16,780 bases of DNA from Myxococcota bacterium (lineage in GTDB: Bacteria; Myxococcota; UBA4151), in contig JBDQPD010000075.1 in assembly GCA_040260805.1 (NCBI GenBank), positions 1 to 16,780 of the forward strand, in the 5' to 3' direction. This document shows, piece by piece, positions 1-6,147 of the stretch. A program made the position numbers and the translations under genes. Numbering within the stretch: the first letter of the stretch is position 1; every line of letters begins with the position of its first letter. The notes beneath the pieces are model-generated. The model ran no database searches, was not told the origin of the DNA, and was given only the letters and a program-made list of their open reading frames with translations.

Positions 1-42
1 GCGCGCCTGGTGGGCTATTTACTCTAGCTCGAGGGCTATGGT

Positions 43-261
43 TTGGGTGCCTTTCTTTTTGTGGTTCAAGAAGCGACCGGGTCCACGCCAACGCCTACAT
101 TGAGCGGCCTGCGGCTGCGTTTAGGTTCTGGACACGAAGCGATCCCTAGGTTGATGGATGCCTTACCCAAAGGGGTGGTCACTGCGGTCCATTTGCGCCA
201 GCCGACGCTCGGCGATGTCTTCGTCTCGTTGACCGGTCGTCAGCTTGTGAGCCCGGTATGA
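43..261 (+). CDS. C-terminal fragment of a DrrA-type ABC transporter ATP-binding protein (N-terminus missing)
   Basis: Ends in HLRQPTLGDVFVSLTGR, the P-T-L-x-D-V-F-x-x-L-T-G tail typical of DrrA-type ATPases, and overlaps an ABC-2 permease by ATGA (258-261). The homology-like part begins near nt 61. An in-frame TAG at 25-27 precedes it, so no Walker motifs are present. Confidence 0.7.
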   Translation: MGAFLFVVQEATGSTPTPTLSGLRLRLGSGHEAIPRLMDALPKGVVTAVHLRQPTLGDVFVSLTGRQLVSPV

Positions 262-1031
262 TGCGCGCTGTCTCTGTGCTTTGGTGGCGTGATATCGTCA
301 GGTTTTTGCGCCAGCCTAGCCGTCTAGCGGGTGCCTTTATGCAGCCGATTATCCTGTGGTTGGTGATCGCTGGTGGTTTGCGTTCAACCTTTGCGTTCCC
401 CGGTATGTCGGAGCTTGATTACCTCGAGTATTTCTTCCCGGGCGTGTTGGTGATGATGGCGCTGTTTACGGCGATATTTTCCACCATGAGTTTAATTGAG
501 GATCGTCACGCCGGCTTCATGCAAGCGGCTTTGGTCGGTCCAGGTACTCGCAGCGCAGTGGCCTTGGGTAAAATGCTCGCCGGGGCGACGTTGGCGCTCG
601 GTCAATCGCTTCTGTTTCTTATCTTATTACCTTTGGCTGGATTTACCCTAGGCGCTGTGGATTGGTTGGCTTTGATCGGCTGCCTGGCTCTTTGTGGTCT
701 CGCAATGACGGCTGCCGGCGTCGCTCTTGCTTGGTGGGTCGACTCGACGGCTGGGTATCATGGGCTGATGTCCGTTCTTTTGATGCCAGCATGGTTCGCG
801 AGCGGCGCCATGTTTCCGCTGCCTACCGATGGTGTGGTCTCGGTCGTTCTGCGACTCAATCCGATGAGCTATATGGTGGATGGGGTGCGCAGAGCCTTAT
901 ATGGTAGCGAACTGCCGATGGCGCTCAATGCGCATTTGACCAATCCAGCTCGGGAATGGTTGGTGATTTTAGTGTTCACGATGATCGTGGGCTGGCTGAG
1001 TATCAACTTGTGTCGTCGAAGGGATGCATGA
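258..1031 (+). CDS. ABC-2 type transporter permease (DrrB/NodJ-like)
   Basis: 257 aa with about 6 hydrophobic segments. Motifs LWWRDIVRFLRQ, YFFPG, EDRHAGFMQAALVGP, LGK, SGAMFP and NPMSYMVDGVRRAL are typical of ABC-2 permeases. Confidence 0.93.
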   Translation: MMRAVSVLWWRDIVRFLRQPSRLAGAFMQPIILWLVIAGGLRSTFAFPGMSELDYLEYFFPGVLVMMALFTAIFSTMSLIEDRHAGFMQAALVGPGTRSAVALGKMLAGATLALGQSLLFLILLPLAGFTLGAVDWLALIGCLALCGLAMTAAGVALAWWVDSTAGYHGLMSVLLMPAWFASGAMFPLPTDGVVSVVLRLNPMSYMVDGVRRALYGSELPMALNAHLTNPAREWLVILVFTMIVGWLSINLCRRRDA

Positions 1032-1698
1032 GGTGACTGACGAAAAACCTACAGATCATGGAACCTGGACTGCTCCGTCTAAGGGCTTCTTCACTCCGCT
1101 AAACGTCGCTGTCATTTTGGCTTGCTGCATTCCGATGGTGGTCACCGGAACCATGCTGAATCGAGGCGCTAAACCGCCCCGAGCGATCAAAGACGCACCC
1201 GTATTCAAGCTGTCAAACCAGCGCGGCGAGACGGTCAGCGCCGAGAGCCTCAAAGGGAAGGTTTGGGTCGGTAGCTTCTTGTTTACGCATTGTCCCGACG
1301 TGTGCCCACGTACGCTGCAGAGGCTTAAAGGAGTTTCGGGCTGGATCGACGAGCGGCGCCCTGAGCACAAAGATAAATTCCGGTTTGTGGGCATCTCGCT
1401 CGACAGCAAGGGCGATACGCCTGAACGAGCCAAAACCTTTTTGACCCAGCAAGGTCATGACTCCAAGCAGTGGGATTATTTGCTGTCCAAAGACAGTCTG
1501 CACTCGCTGATGCGTGATGGGTTTTTACTCGGCGTGCGTGAGGGCGATAATGGCCTGGCGGCTGCTCATGCCGACCGCGTGGTCTTGGTCGGTAAAGCGG
1601 GACAGATTCGGGGCTATTACGACCTGAACACCAACGAAGGTATCGCTCAGCTTAACTCGCATATTGACTTGCTGGCGAAAGAAAAGATCGAACCATGA
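1024..1698 (+). CDS. SCO1/SenC family copper-binding thioredoxin-fold protein
   Basis: N-terminal membrane anchor, FKLSNQRG, FLFTHCPDVCP (CxxxC), ISLDSKGDTPE, conserved His in AHADRVVLV, GQIRGYY. Confidence 0.93.
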   Translation: MHEVTDEKPTDHGTWTAPSKGFFTPLNVAVILACCIPMVVTGTMLNRGAKPPRAIKDAPVFKLSNQRGETVSAESLKGKVWVGSFLFTHCPDVCPRTLQRLKGVSGWIDERRPEHKDKFRFVGISLDSKGDTPERAKTFLTQQGHDSKQWDYLLSKDSLHSLMRDGFLLGVREGDNGLAAAHADRVVLVGKAGQIRGYYDLNTNEGIAQLNSHIDLLAKEKIEP

Positions 1699-2816
1699 AG
1701 ATCCTGGGACACCATCGTCTCTATGGTGATTCTCGGTTCAACTCAGCCTTCCCTTCGGTATGCTCGACGGCCGATGGTGGTCTATTGCTTGCGTTTCGGC
1801 GCGCCCGTGACAGCCGAGCTCTTGATGGAACCCACGGTTTAGATTTGGGTAGTTTTGTAACCCATTTAGACCCGAGGTCTCATCTGGCGTTGATGCGACT
1901 CGATGCCTCTGGGGTGCCTCTAGAGTCACCGCGGATCGCCCCGGTCTGTGCTGAGGCTGCGGATCAGGATCCCAACCTATTGGCTCTGAGCGATGGCTCG
2001 ATTGTCCTAGCTTCTTTCTCTTGGAACCCGATGTGCGCCGGTGATCTCGCCCTGCCTGGATTCGGTGTCCGAGGACCGGAGGGAGTGGGGCGCCTGCATG
2101 CCTATTGGTTCTCGCTTTGGGGCTCAAATCTGCGCCGTAGTTGCGATCACGGAGCGAGCTTCTCAGAGCCTGTCTATTTGCCTGCAGGTCCTAGGCGCAG
2201 CGCCGTTGGACGAGGGTCTCATGGCGGCGCGCTGCGTGGGCGGATGGTGGAGCATGAGGGGTTGATTTATTTAGCCAGTTACTGGGCGCCTGGGCGGGAT
2301 GGTCAAGGCTTAGACCCGCAGCTGTATGTCAGTGAGGACCAAGGACTTAGCTTTGAGCACCGTGGCTCTATAGCGCGTGATCCTGAGCAGGCGTACACCT
2401 ACGCTGAGCCCTCGTTATATAGGAGCCCGACCGGTCGACTGTGGTGCTTTCTAAGAACCTTTCAAATGGATGATGCGACGGCGCTTTGTTGGTCCGATGA
2501 TGACGGCGTCACGTGGACTGAGCCGCAACCTACCGCGCTGATTGGTCACCCGGTGGATCCGGTCCCCTTGAGCGATGGGCGAGTGCTGTTGCTTTATGGT
2601 TATCGTCAACCCGACTTTGGGGTTCGAGCCCGTTTATGGGATGGACAAAACCCTGACCTCGGCGCCGATGAGTTGATCGTCCGTGATGACGGCCGCTCCG
2701 CAGACTTGGGCTACCCATGGGGCGTTCAGTTGGCGGACGGTACGGTCCTGGTAACGTACTATTTTAGTGACGAATCAGGTGTGCGCTGCATCGAGTCGAC
2801 GCGCGTGAGCCTCTAG
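1695..2816 (+). CDS. Sialidase-family (BNR/Asp-box) beta-propeller glycoside hydrolase, no signal peptide
   Basis: Three Asp-boxes (SCDHGASF, SEDQGLSF, SDDDGVTW), plus EPS, LRT, YGYR and C-terminal DLGYP. ATGA overlap with the SCO gene at 1695-1698. Confidence 0.85.
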   Translation: MKILGHHRLYGDSRFNSAFPSVCSTADGGLLLAFRRARDSRALDGTHGLDLGSFVTHLDPRSHLALMRLDASGVPLESPRIAPVCAEAADQDPNLLALSDGSIVLASFSWNPMCAGDLALPGFGVRGPEGVGRLHAYWFSLWGSNLRRSCDHGASFSEPVYLPAGPRRSAVGRGSHGGALRGRMVEHEGLIYLASYWAPGRDGQGLDPQLYVSEDQGLSFEHRGSIARDPEQAYTYAEPSLYRSPTGRLWCFLRTFQMDDATALCWSDDDGVTWTEPQPTALIGHPVDPVPLSDGRVLLLYGYRQPDFGVRARLWDGQNPDLGADELIVRDDGRSADLGYPWGVQLADGTVLVTYYFSDESGVRCIESTRVSL

Positions 2817-3494
2817 CTGGTCTAAGGGGTAGCCCATCCTCTCAAGGGGCAAGCTCAGGCTGTCCGGCAGGTTCGCTGTCCACGACATCGATGCCCCGGA
2901 CATCGGATGAGTCAGCTTGATACGCCAGGCGTGCAACGCCAGCCGGCTCAGTTTGTACGTTGAGCGAGCCGCTTTGTTGAGTGGACCCTTACCGTAGTTG
3001 ACGTCGCCAATAATGGGATGATTAAGATGTTTGAGGTGGCGCCTTATTTGATGCGTTCTACCGGTTTGTGGATGCGCGAGGACTAAGCTGGTTTCGCGGG
3101 GTTTGGTGTCGGCTTGTGCCAGGCAATGAAAAGAGGTTAGCGCCTCGACTCGTTGCTCGCCTGGCGCTTTGGGGATCGGGTGATCGAGTCGTCCTGAAAA
3201 TCGGAACGACCCACGGACGAGCGCGAGGTAGCTCTTCTTAACCTGGCGCTCGCGAAAGGCAGCGGACAGAGCGGCTGCGGCGGCAGCGTTGAGCGCGAGG
3301 ATCATGACGCCACTGGTGCTGCGATCGAGTCGGTGAATGACGTGCAAGCGATCGACCGAAAGTTGGTCGCGTAGAATTTGAACCAGGCTAGGCGCGTCCG
3401 CGCCCCAGCCCCGGTGAACCATCAATCCGGAGGGTTTGTTGATGACGATCAACTCATCGTCTTGATGAAGGATCGGTATAAGTGGCGAATCCAT
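2775..3494 (-). CDS. truC: RluA-family pseudouridine synthase, TruC-like (no S4 domain)
   Basis: NKPSGLMVHR, catalytic HRLDRSTSG, KSYLALVRG, TGRTHQIRRHLKHLNHPIIGD, LALHA. Family is secure; the TruC subfamily call rests on the VHR and HQxRRH motifs and the size. Confidence 0.85.
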   Translation of the reverse strand: MDSPLIPILHQDDELIVINKPSGLMVHRGWGADAPSLVQILRDQLSVDRLHVIHRLDRSTSGVMILALNAAAAAALSAAFRERQVKKSYLALVRGSFRFSGRLDHPIPKAPGEQRVEALTSFHCLAQADTKPRETSLVLAHPQTGRTHQIRRHLKHLNHPIIGDVNYGKGPLNKAARSTYKLSRLALHAWRIKLTHPMSGASMSWTANLPDSLSLPLERMGYPLDQLEAHARRLDAAHT

Positions 3495-3536
3495 GGTCGC
3501 CTTGCTACGCTTCGATCGACAGGGAGGGCAACCGTC

Positions 3537-5012
3537 ATGCGCAAGCTCATGATCTCGGCGTTCGCGTTGGTGCTGGGCTGCAGTCCGGGGCCGGAAGCAC
3601 CCGCTATCGATGGTGGCTCCGCTCAGGTTGATAGTGGCATGGCAGCAGACTCAGGCGCCGCTCCAGCGCCCGGGGTCGATGCCGGTCGCCCGCCGGTTCG
3701 TGACAGCGGTCAGTCGGCAACCGATGCCACTCGACCACCAAGCGCCGAGGTGGATGCGGGCTTTGTACGCAGTCAACCAGAGCCTCCCGAAGGTGACGCC
3801 TGCGCCGATATTTGTGCTCACACTGACTGTCAGGAGGACTGCCTGATATACTGCCGCTTGGGTGAGCTAGCGACCGGCGGTGACCAGCGTCGTGAGTTTC
3901 TTGGGTGCCTGCAAGATAACCCCTGCGATCATCGGCAGTGCTGGCCCGAGATCGAGGTCGGTGAAGCATGCCGCGAGATTTGCGATGATCGCAGCAAGCT
4001 TGAGCGCTGCTCGATCGATTTCCTCATCGAGGCTGGAGAAGACATTTGCCCTCAGGTCTGTACCGGTATGTTGGCGCGATTTGAGCCGGCGAACGCACAG
4101 GCCTGGCTCGATTGCGCGGTCAATGTGTGTCGTGAAGGTCGCCACGTCGACTGCAACCCTGAGATCTTTATGGGGCCCACCCCTTCTCAGGTTTGCCTCG
4201 ATGCAGGCCGCAGCGCAGCGACCTGCCCTGGCTCTCATCAGCATTACTTCGCCGAAGCCTGGGAGTGCGAACATTACCGCAGCCCGATCGAGCAGCGCGG
4301 TTTGGGCGGTAACGCGTTGGCTGAATGTATGGCGCAGACCCACAGCTGCGGCGATATGCGATTGTATGAGTGTCTGACCCAAGCCGAGCAAGCCAGCGGC
4401 CGCTCAGCCGCCATCCAAGAACTCTGCGCGCCGCTCGCGCAATGCCCCGACGACAATGTGTTCGGTTGCCGGGCGATGGCCGCTGGGATGACGCCGATGA
4501 TGGGCAACCGGCAGGTTCAGTTGATGGCTGAGTGTATTGCTGCGGCGGGTAGTGACTGCAACGCCCTTGAGCGCTGCGTTGACTGGAACTTTGAGGAGAT
4601 GGCGCTGAGTCAGAGCTGCCGCGATGCCTGCTCAGGCTGTGGTCAAGGTGACTGGGGCGAGCAGTGCGCTAGGCTGTGCAACTGGACTGAGCGCAGCATG
4701 AGCGTCGATGACGCAGCGCGATTTGGTGAATGTGTAGCCCAAAACACCTGCAGCTTACCGCACCAGCTGGCGGAATGCGGACGTCAGATTTTGCCGGAGG
4801 TTGGACAGATTTGTCAGGGCTTTTGGCAGCAAACGGGACGCCGCTGTCCGTCATGGCGGCACGAATCGAGCGCGATGGTTGAGATCTTTTGCATGCTCTC
4901 GGGAGTACGTACCGGAGTGATCAGCGGTGACGCACTGAATCGCTGCGGTGAGACGATCGGATGCGAGATGGATCCGATGTATGTTTGCCTGAAGGGGCGC
5001 CTCGGCGGTTGA
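3537..5012 (+). CDS. Cys-rich modular lipoprotein (491 aa, 43 Cys), function unknown
   Basis: Start moved from ORF-track 3378 (overlaps truC) to ATG 3537, which has GGGAGG at 3522-3527. Signal peptide MRKLMISAFALVLG-C with lipobox Cys at 3579-3581, then a D-[AGS]-G/Pro-rich linker and six Cys modules. Confidence 0.85.
   Translation: MRKLMISAFALVLGCSPGPEAPAIDGGSAQVDSGMAADSGAAPAPGVDAGRPPVRDSGQSATDATRPPSAEVDAGFVRSQPEPPEGDACADICAHTDCQEDCLIYCRLGELATGGDQRREFLGCLQDNPCDHRQCWPEIEVGEACREICDDRSKLERCSIDFLIEAGEDICPQVCTGMLARFEPANAQAWLDCAVNVCREGRHVDCNPEIFMGPTPSQVCLDAGRSAATCPGSHQHYFAEAWECEHYRSPIEQRGLGGNALAECMAQTHSCGDMRLYECLTQAEQASGRSAAIQELCAPLAQCPDDNVFGCRAMAAGMTPMMGNRQVQLMAECIAAAGSDCNALERCVDWNFEEMALSQSCRDACSGCGQGDWGEQCARLCNWTERSMSVDDAARFGECVAQNTCSLPHQLAECGRQILPEVGQICQGFWQQTGRRCPSWRHESSAMVEIFCMLSGVRTGVISGDALNRCGETIGCEMDPMYVCLKGRLGG
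3801..4988 (+). repeat. Six tandem protein-level 6/8-Cys modules
   Basis: Modules at about 3801-3941, 3969-4154, 4194-4373, 4413-4577, 4617-4778 and 4812-4988. Consensus C-x3-C-xn-C-xn-C-x3-C-x17-C-x4..7-C-x4..8-C. Confidence 0.8.
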
Positions 5013-5013
5013 T

Positions 5014-6048
5014 TCAGCTGAAGCTGACCTCGCCGGCTAGGTCGGTTTCGAACCAAGTTCTCAGATCGTGCTCACCCTGAGCAAGCGCCCACATGGTTTT
5101 GGTAATGGCTGCTTCAAAGGTCATGTCGGCGGCAGCGATCGCCCCCGCCTCAACCAGCGCTCTTCCACCCGGATACATCGCTAGATCAGTGTGTCCTCGG
5201 TAGCACTGGCTCGAGATCACGACCTCGAAGTTACGCCCCGAGGCATTGGCCAAGAGCGGTCGAAGGTCCGACAGCCCGGCGATCGGCACATTGCCGACAC
5301 CAAAACCTCGAATCAACAATGCGCGCAGCAAGCCCGCATCGGCGGACGCTTGTACATTTTTCACCACCATGGCGGTGTCGACACCCGGAAACAAGGTCAG
5401 CGCAAGGACTCGTGAGTCCACAGCGATTTTCAGCTCGAATGGGCTTGAAGGACGCCGGATTGAGTGCGTCACTAAACTCAGCTCAGTCCCGATTTTACCC
5501 AAGGTTCCGTAGCTTGGCGCAGCAAAGGCGTTGTAGCTCCGTGCGTCGATTTTTGAGGAGCGACAGGCGCGCAGAATTGAGTCGCCAAAGACAATGCAGA
5601 CTTCGGGGAGCTCCCGCGTGGCGCACTCGACGGCCGCCGCCAAGTTCGCACGAGCATCGGTTCGCCAAGCGTCGAGCGGCCTCTGGCTCCCGGTAAAGAC
5701 CACGGGGCGGTCAAGCTGGCGCAGCATATACGCCATCATCGAAGCGGTGTACGCCAAGGTATCCGTGCCGTGAATCACCACAATACCCGAGTAACCCTGG
5801 TCAGACCCGACGCCACCTTGCTCAACGATCAAGGTAGCCAGCGCATCCCAATGCTCTGGTCCAACATCTGAACTGTCTTGATTCCAAGGGGCGAGCAGAT
5901 CGATCTCTGCGATCTCTGAAAGTTCGGGAACACGCTCAGTGAGCCGCGCAAGATGCTCCTCTTCACCGAGCTCAAGTCTTCTACCCTCGGGAAGCTGCAT
6001 CCCAAGGGTTCCGCCGGTATGAATGATCAAGACGCGTGGTCTGGACAT
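5014..6048 (-). CDS. ansA: L-asparaginase, type I (cytoplasmic)
   Basis: IHTGGTLGM, DSSD, HGTDT, TGSQ, RSSK (catalytic Lys), GFGVGN, SQC, DMTFEAAITK; no signal peptide. Start moved to ATG 6048, preceded on the minus strand by AGGGGGA. Confidence 0.93.
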   Translation of the reverse strand: MSRPRVLIIHTGGTLGMQLPEGRRLELGEEEHLARLTERVPELSEIAEIDLLAPWNQDSSDVGPEHWDALATLIVEQGGVGSDQGYSGIVVIHGTDTLAYTASMMAYMLRQLDRPVVFTGSQRPLDAWRTDARANLAAAVECATRELPEVCIVFGDSILRACRSSKIDARSYNAFAAPSYGTLGKIGTELSLVTHSIRRPSSPFELKIAVDSRVLALTLFPGVDTAMVVKNVQASADAGLLRALLIRGFGVGNVPIAGLSDLRPLLANASGRNFEVVISSQCYRGHTDLAMYPGGRALVEAGAIAAADMTFEAAITKTMWALAQGEHDLRTWFETDLAGEVSFS

Positions 6049-6067
6049 GGTTCCCCCTGACCTGCCG

Positions 6068-6096
6068 CGCATAGTGGCTGGAACTTAACGATGCAA
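6068..6096 (-). promoter_or_regulatory. Putative sigma70-type promoter for ansA
   Basis: Minus strand reads TTGCAT-N17-TATGCG, ending about 20 nt upstream of the ansA ATG. The -10 element lacks the final T. Confidence 0.3.
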
Positions 6097-6107
6097 GAGG
6101 CGCTAGA

Positions 6108-6147
6108 GGTGGTGGTCGTTTGTCTCCAATCCGGTTAGACCATCATC
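6108..6147 (+). promoter_or_regulatory. Imperfect inverted repeat / RNA stem abutting the start codon of the STAND gene
   Basis: GGTGGTGGTC (6108-6117) - N20 - GACCATCATC (6138-6147). This is 8/10 as a DNA inverted repeat and 10/10 as RNA with two G-U pairs. Confidence 0.35.

Noticed and set aside
3378..3536. Longer 544-aa start for the Cys-rich protein
   Set aside because: It overlaps the truC 5' end on the opposite strand. ATG 3537 has an SD and begins a clean lipoprotein signal peptide.
3801..4988. Multiheme cytochrome or Fe-S polyferredoxin
   Set aside because: No CxxCH or CxxCxxCxxxC motifs. It is an exported protein with paired Cys loss, which favours disulfides.
5540..5580. Asparaginase RGNR motif reads RACR, possible inactivation
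   Set aside because: Both catalytic Thr residues, the Asp and the Lys are retained, so this looks like ordinary divergence.
6049..6072. Upstream ATG for asparaginase
   Set aside because: The extension encodes the SD-like region, and family homology begins at MSRPRVLII.
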